Source of the DNA: Macrostomum lignano
Lineage: Eukaryota
Assembly: GCA_002269645.1 (NCBI GenBank)
Contig: NIVC01001551.1
Span: 124,001-188,000, forward strand
Length of the DNA: 64,000 nucleotides
Direction of reading: 5' to 3'
Shown: positions 13,076 through 24,500 of the stretch, one piece after another
How positions within the stretch are numbered: the stretch's first letter is position 1
Layout: each line of letters starts with the position of its first letter
Made by a program: the position numbers and the translations under genes
The notes under the pieces: model-generated
Databases searched by the model: none
Seen by the model: only the letters and a program-made list of their open reading frames with translations
Told to the model about the DNA's origin: nothing

Positions 13076-14224
13076 CATTGTATATGCATACAAGGCAGAC
13101 GGGTATGCTACGCGGATGGATAGTTATTGAGCAGAGATGTGCAGATAGACAGGGCAGAGCAGCAGATAGATATGAAAAGATGCGAACTGGAGCTGTGAGA
13201 CGCAGGCCAAAAGCAGATGTTTGCTCAACAAAGAAGAAATTCCTTTTTATCCCAATGCCGACCCCAATCGGGGGGTTCTCAGATCCCGCCATCCCGGATT
13301 CTAATCCGACAGACTTGCAAGCATCAATTTGTCACTGTCAGCGCCTTTATTAGCCAACAATAAACAGCGGGTACCCAGCTGGACCAGGGGATGGATGAGG
13401 GAAGGACGCGCACTGACCGACAACTCATAACCCTTTTCCGACCGAGAAAGGGGCTCATCAGTTTCTCCCCCCCCAGCCCTGGCAACGCCTCGGACAGTTC
13501 CGCTCGCTCATTCTGAGCAAACGGCGCCCCCATCAGAATCGGCGCGGCGAAATGAAAATAAAAGGAAGATTCCATTTCCGATCGAGAGCAAAGTGAGACG
13601 TTGCTGCCAGCTTCTCCAATGCCACTGGGATATTCGAATGGCTTAGCATAAATGTGATCCCAAAGAAGCTGAGTGAAAGAAGAAAATGGTCTTGCTGCTT
13701 CTGTTGGGCGTGACTGCAGGCTCGAGGATTTGAGCAAAAAAGGATGGGGGGGGGATTCTCTAAGACGGCAAACATGCCAGTCAGGTCAACTCAATTACAG
13801 AGACTACTACTCTCTGACCCCCAGACAGCTGCCGTGGCCAAGCCTCACTGCTGCTTCGGTGTTGTTTGCCCACCCCCTTTTCTCCCAGATTTCCCCACGA
13901 ACTCAGCGCCAGCTTCTATTTTCCTCTGTTCGGTTTCCCGGAGTGAGCTGCCTCAGCCTAATTTGAATTCGACCAATTATAGAGAACAAGTCTTGACTGG
14001 CTTTGCTTTCTTGTTATGCGCTTCTTCAGTCTAAGAAGGGGCAGTCCTCTCCCCCTCTCTTTTCATTCCTCTGCACAGCCGAACAGTCAAGGAGCTCTGA
14101 GATGTGGCATCTGGGAGAGGAAAGCTGAAACTTAGGGGGGAGGGTGAGAGAATTCTTTGCTTAGACATGCCAATGCTTTTTGACACCTTTGTGACCCGTT
14201 ATTGAAATAAAAAATTTTTCTTCA

Positions 14225-15170
14225 GGGCGCCAAAATGAGTGCCTGTGGCGCCAAAATGAGTGCCTGTGGCGCCAAAATGAGTGCCTGTGGCGCCAAAATG
14301 AGTGCCTGTGGCGCCAAAATGAGTGCCTGTGGCGCCAAAATAAGTGCCTGTGGCGCCAAAATAAGTGCCTGTGGCGCCAAAATGAGTACCTACTGTGGCG
14401 CCAAAATGAGTGCCTGTGGCGCCAAAATGAGTGCCTGTGGCGCCAAAATGAGTGCCTGTGGCGCCAAAATGAGTGCCTGTGGCGCCAAAATGAGTGCCTG
14501 TGGCGCCAAAATGAGTACCTGTGGCGCCAAAATGAGTGCCTGTGGCGCCAAAATGAGTGCCTGTGGCGCCAAAATGAGTGCCTGTGGCGCCAAAATAAGT
14601 GCCTGTGGCGCCAAAATAAGTGCCTGTGGCGCCAAAATGAGTACCTACTGTGGCGCCAAAATGAGTGCCTGTGGCGCCAAAATGAGTGCCTGTGGCGCCA
14701 AAATGAGTGCCTGTGGCGCCAAAATGAGTGCCTACTGCGGCACCAAAATAAGTGCTTGTAATGCCAAAATAAGTATCTACTGCGGCGCCAAAATAAATGC
14801 CAGTGGCGCCAAAATGAGTTCCTACTGCGGCGCCAAAATGAGTATCTGTGGCGTCAAATGAGTGCCTAAAATGCTAAAATGAGTGCCTGTGGCGCCAAAA
14901 TGAGTGCCTGTGGCGCCAAAATAAGTGCCTGTGGCGCCAAAATGAGTACCTACGGTGGCACCAAAATAAGTGCTTGTAATGCCAAAATAAGTATCTACTG
15001 CGGCGCCAAAATAAATACCAGTGGCGCCGAAATGAGTATCTGTGGCGTCAAATGAGTGCCTAAAATGCTAAAATGAGTGCCTGTGGCGCCAAAATGAGTG
15101 CCTGTGGCGCCAAAATGAGTGCCTGTGGCGCCAAAATGAGTATCTACCGCGGCGCCAAAAGGAGTGCCTG
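14225..15170. repeat. 21-bp minisatellite (GGCGCCAAAATGAGTGCCTGT)n, relative of the array inside the 17414-18856 MITE
   Basis: 21-bp period. The upstream GACATGCCAATGCTTT motif (~14165) is shared with the 17414 element, but no matching TIR pair was found. Confidence 0.9.
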
Positions 15171-15736
15171 CGATAAGACTGATTCACACTGACTGCTCAT
15201 TAAATGAGTTGTCATGCAACTGAGATAGCCAGCAACCATACCCCTTCGCTCAAGGAATGGAGTCCCGAGGATTTGCTCCCCAAAATTTTTATATCTCCGC
15301 AAAGAAACAAAGGAGAATCAGATGCTTCCTAGAGTTAATTTCCACCCGGGATTAACAAAATGCAGAGCTCCACGCCAAAAAAACCCAATTGCCCGGCCAG
15401 TTAAATAATTTATTCGGCGCCCTGGATTCTTAGAAATCCGCTCCCTGCTCTTCATCAGCCAGTTATAATAGCCGTCTGTTGTAGTTTCTATTTATCGCGA
15501 GCAAACAACCGATTCACTGAGCGACGTGGCTCGAGTCGAGGAGACCCAGAAGCAGAACCCGGTTTCGAGTAACTCCGGGACCCCCCAGCTTCCTTCGATT
15601 TTAGGCTGATTGCATTTTTCTACTAGACGTTAAGAAGTTTTTTAATACCTCAACGATTTTAGTTGCAATCGATTCCTGCATTTTGTGCTCAACAGACAGC
15701 TTTGCCAACTGTCACGATAAATCTGAAGAGCCTTTA

Positions 15737-16208
15737 GGTTTTGGTTAGGGTTGGGTTTTAGGTTAGGGTTTAGGCTAGGGTTGGTTTTAGGTTAGGGTTT
15801 AGGCTGGGGTTGGTTTTAGGTTAGGGTTTAGGCTAGGGTTTATGTTGAGGTTTATGTTAGGGTTGGGTTTTAGGTTAGGATTGGGTCTTATGTTAGGGTT
15901 TAGGTTAGGGTTGGGTTTTAGGTTAGGATTGGGTCTTATGTTAGGGTTTAGGTTAGGGTTGGGTTTTAGGTTAGGATTGGGTCTTATGTTAGGGTTTAGG
16001 TTAGGGTTGGGTTTTAGGTTAAGATTGGGTCTTATGTTAGGATTTTAGGTTAGGGTTGGGTTTTAGGTTAGGATTGGGTCTTATGTTAGGGTTTAAGGTT
16101 AGGGTTGGGTTTTAGGTTAGGATTGGGTTTTAGGTTATGGTTTAGGTTAGGGTTGGGTTTTAGGTTACGATTGGGTTTTAGGTTATGGTTTAGATTAAGG
16201 TTTAGGTT
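15737..16208 (+). repeat. Degenerate interstitial TTAGGG-like repeat with a ~48-bp higher-order unit
   Basis: TTAGGG/TTTAGG/TTGGG motifs. The central part repeats every 48 bp (LGFRLGLGFRLGLGLM in the ORF track). Confidence 0.8.
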
Positions 16209-16756
16209 ACCGTGGATAGTCGCCAAGTGTACAGTCAGCTTTCAATTGTCTGCAAACGGAGGCTTAGGGGAGTGTCACCGCTCCGGGCTCCTGTTTGTGG
16301 ATCTCCTTAGTCGAGCCGACCGTTAAAATGAGCACAGTTTAGCTCTCAGTGGCCGGCCTAAAATTGCTCCGCCATTCTTCTCTATGAAAGCTCCCTGGTG
16401 CCCCACCCCTCACCTTGATCGGTCTGTGTGCGCATTGCCCCCCCCCCCGGACCATTTTTTCTTCAATTTACCCGTAGCCAACCGAGCAGGTGGCCATTTT
16501 CTCTCTCCTAAATGCAGTTCTCTATTCTAAGAAAAGAAGTCGAATAAATTGAGTCCCCCACTTGGGGTTATTGTTCTGCCCTGCATTCCCACAGTGCAGG
16601 AATTCTCCTGGGCAGAGTTGCTCTGAAACAACAAAGGTGCGACAGGAAAATTCCACAGCTCCTTTTAGGTAGCAATAGCCGCCAAGTCATTTTTAATGCG
16701 AAAAATAAAGCAAATTTTGGGCAGTAGATCGGTCGGTCTGCATGGTGTACAAATCG

Positions 16757-17335
16757 CAGGGTGCAGAAAGTCGTCACTCTGGAAGAGCCTCAGGGTGTAG
16801 AAAGTCGTCACTCTGGAAGAATCGCAGGGTGCAGAAAGTCGTCACTCTGGAAGAGCCTCAGGGTGTAGAAAGTCGTCACTTTGGAAGAATCGCAGGGTGC
16901 AGAAAGTCGTCACTCTGGAAGAACCTCAGGGTGCAGAAAGTCGTCACTCTGGAAGAATCGCAGGGTGCAGAAAGTCGTCACTCTGGAAGAATCGCAGGGT
17001 GTAGAAAGTCGTCACTCTAGAAGAACCTCAGGGTGTAGAAAGTCGTCACTCTGGAAGAATCGCAGGGTGCAGAAAGTCGTCACTCTGGAAGAGCCTCAGG
17101 GTGTAGAAAGTCGTCACTCTGGAAGAATCGCAGGGTGCAGAAAGTCGTCACTCTGGAAGAATCGCAAGGGTGTAGAAAGTCGTCACTCTGGAAGAACCTC
17201 AGGGTGTAGAAAGTCGTCACTCTGGAAGAAACTCCGGGTGCAGAAGTCGTCACTCTAGAAGAACCTCAGGGTGTAGAAAGTCGTCACTCTGGAAGAATCG
17301 CAGGGTGCAGAAAGTCGTCACTCTGGAAGAATCAC
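16757..17335. repeat. 34-bp minisatellite (GAAGAATCGCAGGGTGCAGAAAGTCGTCACTCTG)n, about 17 copies
   Basis: AAAGTC at 16801 and 16835. Two variant types are interspersed. Confidence 0.95.
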
Positions 17336-17413
17336 AAAATTTATCCACTTGAACCCAACCCATCAACAAAGTTTAAGACTATATTTTGCATGCATCGCGT
17401 TGACTTGATCGTT

Positions 17414-18856
17414 CAGGCGCGTCGCCACCGGGGGGGGACAGGGGGGACATGTCCCCCCCCCAGTAAAAGCTCTGGGGGGGACATGCCAATGCTTTGTCCC
17501 CCCCCCACCCCACCTTGTGGCAATCAGTAATTTTTCTACAGTGCGCCAAATTATAGCGCCTTCGGCGCCCAAATGACTGTCTGCGGCGCTAAAATGAGTG
17601 CCTTCGGCGCCCAAATGACTGTCTGCGGCGCTAAAATGAGTGCCTGCAGTGCTAAAATGAGTGCCTGTGGTGCTAAAATGAGTGCCTGCAGTGCTAAAAT
17701 GAGTGCCTGCAGTGCTAAAATGAGTGCCTGTGGTGCTAAAATGAGTGCCTGCGGCGCTAAAATGAGTGCCTGCGGCGCTAAAATGAGTGCCTGCAGTGCT
17801 AAAATGAGTGCCTGTGGTGCTAAAATGAGTGCCTGCGGCGCTAAAATGAGTGCCTGCGGCGCTAAAATAAATGCCTGGGGCGCTAAAATGAGTGCCTGCG
17901 GTGCTAAAATGAGTGCCTGCGGTGCTAAAATGAGTGCCTTCGGCGCCCAAATGACTGTCTGCGGCGCTAAAATGAGTGCCTGCGGTGCTAAAATGAGTGC
18001 CTTCGGCGCCCAAATGACTGTCTGCGGCGCTAAAATGAGTGCCTGCAGTGCTAAAATGAGTGCCTGCAGTGCTAAAATGAGTGCCTGTGGTGCTAAAATG
18101 AGTGCCTGCGGCGCTAAAATGAGTGCCTGCGGCGCTAAAATGAGTGCCTGCAGTGCTAAAATGAGTGCCTGTGGTGCTAAAATGAGTGCCTGCGGCGCTA
18201 AAATGAGTGCCTGCGGCGCTAAAATAAATGCCTGGGGCGCTAAAATGAGTGCCTGCGGTGCTAAAATGAGTGCCTGCGGTGCTAAAATGAGTGCCTTCGG
18301 CGCCCAAATGACTGTCTGCGGCGCTAAAATGAGTGCCTGCAGTGCTAAAATGAGTGCCTGCGGTGCTAAAATGAGTGCCTGCGGCGCTAAAATGAGTGCC
18401 TGGGGTGCTAAAATGAGTGCCTGGGGCGCTAAAATGAGTGCCTGCGGTGCTAAAATAAGGGCCTGCAGTGCTAAAATGAGTGCCTGCAGTGCTAAAATGA
18501 GTGCCTGTGGTGCTAAAATGAGTGCCTGCGGTGCTAAAATGAGTGCCTGCGGCGCTAAAATGAGTGTCTTCGGCGCTGAAATGAGTGCCTGCGGCGCTAA
18601 AATGAGTGCCTGGGGCGCTAAAATGAGTGCCTGCGGTGCTAAAATAAGGGCCTGCAGTGCTAAAATAAGTGCCTGCGGCGCTAAAATGAGTGCCTGCGGC
18701 GCTAAAATGAGTGTCTTCGGCGCTAAAATGAGTGTCTTCGGCGCTAAAATGAGTGCCTGCGGCGCTAAAATGAGTACCAAAATTTAGTCATGTACATGTA
18801 CATGTTGAATTCTTGGCTTTGTCCCCCTCACCATTAAATCCATGGCGACGCCCCTG
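17414..18856. mobile_element. hAT-like MITE with an internal 21-bp minisatellite
   Basis: TIR CAGGCGCGTCGCCA / TGGCGACGCCCCTG (13/14 match). Perfect 8-bp TSD TGATCGTT at 17406-17413 and 18857-18864. Internal array GCGCTAAAATGAGTGCCTGCG at ~17560-18780. Confidence 0.9.
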
Positions 18857-19970
18857 TGATCGTTCGTTGGTGGTGCATTGGCGGTGCCCGGGAATATAAT
18901 GGCATATAATAGCGCAGACAGGACACAGAGGGCTTCAGAGACAGTTGGACCTCAATAAGCAGATCAGAACCCTGGGCGGGCTGCTAAAGGGCCCAAACCA
19001 ATTGCATTAGGCCGCACTCATCAAAGCGAGAAGAAGCTTTGGACCACTTAAGCGGGGAATTGTACTTGACACAATGCGCCAAATTGGGGACTGGGGGCTT
19101 CGGACAGACCGACAGACAGAGATCGGCGTGCCCAGCCTATACAGCAACTGGATTACTCGAGCACAAACTGAATTTTCTGGCAAATTGTTCTATTCCAAAC
19201 CTCTACCAATGCCGAACTGCTTTGCCAGCTATTGATCTCATTTACTTGCTTGTCTTGTTCACCAGTTTGCTCAGATAGGATATTAGCCCAGGGCCTGCGT
19301 CCTCCTCATCCCAGATATCATTCAGAAAGGATTGGGGAAAGAGCTTGAAGGAGTAGTTAAGAGGGGAAAGAATGGCTAAAGTGGCTCTCGCTGAATGGAC
19401 CAATTTCAGGCCATGCCATTGGAGCCATACTCTCTCCGAGCTGCATCGATACATGCACGCCGATAGCTTCTCAATTTCTATAAATCCATAAATCTAATTT
19501 GCTCAAAACAGCTTACGAAGAGTGTGTACATGTATTGAGATTTTCTCCAGCGAATGTAGATTCAAAGCAAAATATTGCTATAAAAATAGATTTCGGTTGC
19601 ATAAGTGCCGCAAACAATTATTTATAGTGTATATACAGATCCATAGTTAAAGGTATTGATGTTTAACGGAATAAATGTGCATACAAAATAATTTAATTTT
19701 CACTAAGGGCCACATTTATTTGTCATGAAAGATACCTTTTCTTCAGAGCAATTCGTGTGCAAACCACGAGCTATACCAGCTGAACTGTGTGCTACGAGCG
19801 TATTCACATGTCGATCATATTATTCGCCGAAAAAAACAATTATAAATATCTATCACACGAGGACTCGAGCGGAGCCTATTGTATCTAAAACTTACGCACT
19901 ACATGTACTTTTGTTAGTAGGCAGTTGCGAGTTCCGATGCTATGAAAGTATAGCGAGAATAATGAGATAG

Positions 19971-20490
19971 CCCTAGAAGACATTGACTTGTTGATTCTTA
20001 GCAGATCTTGGGGTCGTACTATAAAGCTGTCGTAGCGTAAGTTCGATCGTACGTCGGAACTTTTACACTGCGGTGATAGGAGCTAAGAACGATCTTATCT
20101 TACGCTGGCTTTATAGAACGGGCCCCTTGTCTATCTTCTTGGGTTGCTGCGCAAGTACTTGCAAGAACGTGCAAGATCTTTGCTATAATAATACTTAAAA
20201 GGTAAACTTACCAGATCTGCGCGACTTGCTACATCGTACAAGATCTTATCTTTTATTTATATCTTTTTTATTGCTTCGAATCGCATATTTTCTTAAATTT
20301 ATTGTCCCATCTTGTCAAAAAATAAAATACGAGTATAGTTCAGCCAGAACACTTTAGCCAAATGAATAACAAAACAAATGTACCTCCATCTTTAGAAGAT
20401 CCTGCAAGAACCTAGCAGATTGAGAAGATCTGCTAATAATGGCACAGAGACAAGATCTGCTAAGTTTAAGAAACAGAATGTCCTCTAGGG
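19971..20490. mobile_element. Non-autonomous TIR element with CCC/GGG ends (CMC/EnSpm-like)
   Basis: Left end CCCTAGAAGACATT...CTTAGCAGATCTT; reverse complement of right end CCCTAGAGGACATT...CTTAGCAGATCTT (39-bp imperfect TIR). AG flanks both sides, a possible 2-bp TSD. The superfamily call is inference. Confidence 0.72.
20010..20126. mobile_element. ~117-bp MITE nested in the 19971-20490 element
   Basis: GGGGTCGTACTATAAAGC versus reverse complement of right end GGGGCCCGTTCTATAAAGC. A 3-bp TTG duplication is possible. Confidence 0.6.
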
Positions 20491-20784
20491 AGAGTGAAGT
20501 GTGTGGCATGGCTCATTGTTGTTGGCATCGGAAACCAAACACTCGAGCTGTATAGAGAGAACACATGAACCGTACTTAAGTTCGGACAATTTATTCAGTC
20601 TCATCGGGGAAGAAATATGCTAAAAAGCTATAAACTTTGCAGCCTGCATGCTGAGGCCTCAAAATCAGAGCTCGTACAGTATACAATACGGAATCGATGC
20701 ACACTCGATTTTCTCATATATGAGCTGGAGGCTCGAAGAAACATATATTTTTTTGTTGCATCAGTAGTGCATTTAGTATGCTCT

Positions 20785-20930
20785 CAGGCGCGGATCCAGA
20801 AAATTTTTGAGGGGGGGGGCGCAAGCAATTATCAAGCCCTACAACCTATTGAAAAATAGACCTGGCATACAGTTGCAGGCAAAAAAGGATGGCCCAAATT
20901 TTTTTGGCCGTGGCTGATGGGGGGCATGGT
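20785..20930 (+). mobile_element. Probable 5-prime fragment of a CAGG-terminal MITE
   Basis: CAGGCGCGGATCCAG...GGGGGGGGCGC start resembles the 17414 element end. No partner TIR was found. Confidence 0.35.
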
Positions 20931-21281
20931 ATGCTCTTAAGAAATCGGATTTTTTCAGCAAAAACTCAATCAGCACTATGCGTTCTCGAGAACGTACTAA
21001 ATGCGCAAACATTCATCTGAAATTATCCATACCCAACCCAAATCCTAGCAGAGCTTGTGCCGTCAATCGTAGCCAGTGAAATCTGCTGCTAATCTCGGTC
21101 CCCCGATGTTTTGATGTTTTCCAAAACATAGGTACTTGTAGTATGATCTAGCATGCAAATTTCTCGATAGCTACGCTCATATTCATCGAACGATGTCAAT
21201 AACGTAATATCATGATACCGTATTAGAATTCGTGCATTTCTATGAAAAAGATAGCGAATAGTAATTTGTATGGTAGACAAA

Positions 21282-21541
21282 GGGCCTTTTCATATTACCA
21301 ATTCCAGAACCAGAATCGGTTCGGAATTCCAAGAAAAACAGCAGTATAACTATTAAACTCTGATAATATTTGACTGCCTTAACAACCTAACTTAGCACAA
21401 TTTTTCACTTTCTTCTTGGCCATTGTCATTCAATAATAAAAACTATATAGTACGTATCTCCGTCTAGTTATGGAGACAAAAAGTTATACTTCACAAATTG
21501 GTTCTGGTTCTGGAATCAGAGCAAGCAATATGAAAAGGCCC
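21282..21541. mobile_element. 260-bp MITE (PIF/Harbinger-like)
   Basis: Perfect 15-bp TIR GGGCCTTTTCATATT / AATATGAAAAGGCCC, an inner IR ATTCCAGAACCAGAA, and AAA on both flanks (3-bp TSD). Confidence 0.82.
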
Positions 21542-24500
21542 AAAGAGTAAGCATGCTTTCATATTGTGATTTGATAATGTTCAATACAAGAATATTTATT
21601 TGATAATTCTTATTATATCAATCATTCGTTTAGTGGAATTTTTTGTTCATATTATTAGTATCAACATTGTCATTAGGCAAGGCCTAGGCCAAAAAAGTAG
21701 TTAGGCCTAACTTAAACTTACTAGACTAATTTTGTATCTACTTGTTAATCATTCATAATCATATCATCTTTCCATTGACCATTGTCTAGGATAATGCAAA
21801 GAGCATTAAAGCAAATAGTATCAAACTTCAGCATAAGACCAGTAAAAATTGTCTTCTTTTTTAGATTAGGCCTAAGATGCCCCTTATGAATCTTTTTGGA
21901 AGCAAGATGCTAAGCAGCTAATCAAGCTTCATACCTACCTTCACCTTTCATCACCTTTTTTATTTCCAATTTAAATCGCTGTTAAGTTGTTAGATCTTAA
22001 AATTTGCTCATTTTTAGGATTTCAAATATATTTTTACAATAATCACTTATTAATCCTTATATTCAATATTTTTCATTGACAGTTTAATGCTTAGGCCTAA
22101 TTAGGCCTACCTATTTTAAATTGCATTTTGGATGAACCATTTTTGCATCTTTTCAAAATTCAAAACATACTAAATAATAAATATTAATATTTGTTTATTT
22201 TTATTATTATAGCCATACACCTAGTATTAATAATGTCCTTATGAACAACCAATTTTTTATTAACAACCTCATAACCTTTTATTATCACCTTTTGTGGTAA
22301 TTTAAAAACTTGTTCTTAATTTAATTTAATTAAAAAACCTTTTTCAATTTTTCAATCTGACTTCATTTGTATCTTATTTTGTAATCAAAGCAATACTTTG
22401 TAATTTTACTAATTTACCTCAATTAATTTAACAATTATTTCTAGCAACTAAAAATTAAATTATAAATACAAAGCCTATACTGGCTAAACAGGCTGCTTGC
22501 CTAAGCCAAATTACATTACACTACATATCAAAGCCATATAGTACCTAGTTTTATAACTCCCTACTTAATTATTTGTTGTTCTATTGTTGGTTGTTATAGT
22601 TTGTCCATAAATACCATTAAAATCCTAGATGCTCCATAGTCAGGAAGGTGGCATATGCATGCTGGAATTAGGGAAGAGGTCCCTATATATGCCAAGTATG
22701 CCAAAAATTGGAAATGCAATTGTTATGTATGTCAAAATGAAAAAAAATTATGCAAATTTATTTTTGTGCTGCAACAATTAAGGACATTTTTTTCTCATTT
22801 TACATTTGATGCTTATATTTACATTATAACAAAAAAGTTTTGTGTCTGTATAGGGCCCCTCCCGATTTCTTTCTAAAAATAGCTATCGTTTATTACACTT
22901 TAAATTCACGCCAAAAACTACAACACATTTTTGTTTTAATACTTATGTTTTGTATAATATTTTACGCAAACTAATTTTTGTTTAAAATCTACTAGAATTT
23001 TCCTATAAATACAAGCAAATTCGGCAGAGGGAGAACCAACCTTGCGCATCGCGGTTCACTAATAATATAGTTATAACGAATAGTAAGAGTTCCAAGAAAA
23101 TTAAGAATTGAAGAAGTGTTTTCTGTGTTAATTCCTTTTAAGAAGTAAGAGTGAAGTAGACGGAAGTGTGGACCATATATACTACTGAGAAGGAAAGTGT
23201 TGAGTAGTAAGAAGTTGCGAAGTAGATCTGAAGTAATACGTGTAAGAATAACGGAGGCTGTGACCCTCTGATCTCGGTAACGCCCAAGGACTTGCAAAGT
23301 ACATGAAATACATATACCAGTAAGCTAAAATACTGCTCAGGCCATTATTAGATAGAACGCTATCAGAATAATTAGAAGAGTAAAATCTTTCAGGGCTAAC
23401 AGTTTTTCTAAGAATAATACTCAGACTAAATACTCAGACTAAATACTCAGACTAAATACTAAGATATATACTCAGATCAATTCTAAGAAACATTTCTCGG
23501 ATTATTCTAAGATTGATAAACTCACAATTTATTAATAGGATAATCCTGGTGGCAGCTACCAACTTAAAAGATTAGTTTAGCCCTAGTACAACTTTGGTGA
23601 CAGTGTGAAATTATTATTAGAGACAAAAGTAACCCTTGCCACAACTTGGTTACAGCAGTAGGATTTTGTATCATACGGGAACACCCCTACCACAACTTGG
23701 TGGCATAACGGTGGAATTCTCATAGAGAGCCAAAAGGCCTGTTACATGCCTTTTTCCTTTACAATAACTTGCAGTTACACAAAGTCCTAGTACTTAAGTT
23801 ATTTAAAATAGCACTATCACATTCTTTAATATAATTTTTTCTAATTGTACTTTCGTCATCTTTTAACCACATCATTTTTCTTTGAAGTATTGATACTATT
23901 GTTACAGAAACTTATTGATACTTGTTTTTTTAAGTTAGCTTTGTATATCACTTTTTTGTATGCCAAATGCAATTTTGTTGTGTACACAATATGCCAAATG
24001 CAATTTGTTAAAGATTCAAGCATGCTAAATTCACGCCAAATGAACTATGAATGGCTAATGCACACTAGAATTTTCAAGCAAAAAGGCCACCTTGCTGACT
24101 ATGGTAGACACTCTTTCAAATATCATATCATGTTATCGTGTTATCATGTTATTATCTGATTAATACCTATATACTTATTTTTATCACCTACAGGATCAAT
24201 TAATTGAATTGCTATATATCAAGTGCATACAATACTTGTTTTTTAATTCTTTACCTAAATACTTCTTGCTTTGTTAGTCATTAAAGCTCATTCAAAGTTT
24301 CAAAGAAAAAATTTAGGCATTTTTTATTTTAAATACTATATTATTGCAAACTCGTACTTATGCATACGGTTTTTCTTCTATTCTTGAATTTTTATTAAAT
24401 ACATTGATATATATGTGCCAAACAGGCTTCCTGTCTAAGCCAAATAAGGTCCAAGAAAAAATCGCTATTTCAATTTGACTAGCTAGGCCTAGTGAGAAGG

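Noticed and set aside
16757-17335. Possible CRISPR array (34-bp repeats); the same was considered for the 31-bp and 71-bp arrays
   Set aside because: Repeats are contiguous with no unique spacers, there are no cas genes, and the context is eukaryotic.
14235-18787. MSACGAK and ILAPQAL repeat ORFs up to 409 aa
   Set aside because: A 21-bp unit keeps the frame open on both strands, and one array lies inside a TSD-bounded MITE.
22992-23297. 101-aa minus-strand ORF in a CpG-bearing island
   Set aside because: No recognisable domain, starts at a non-ATG codon, and has no clear splice context.
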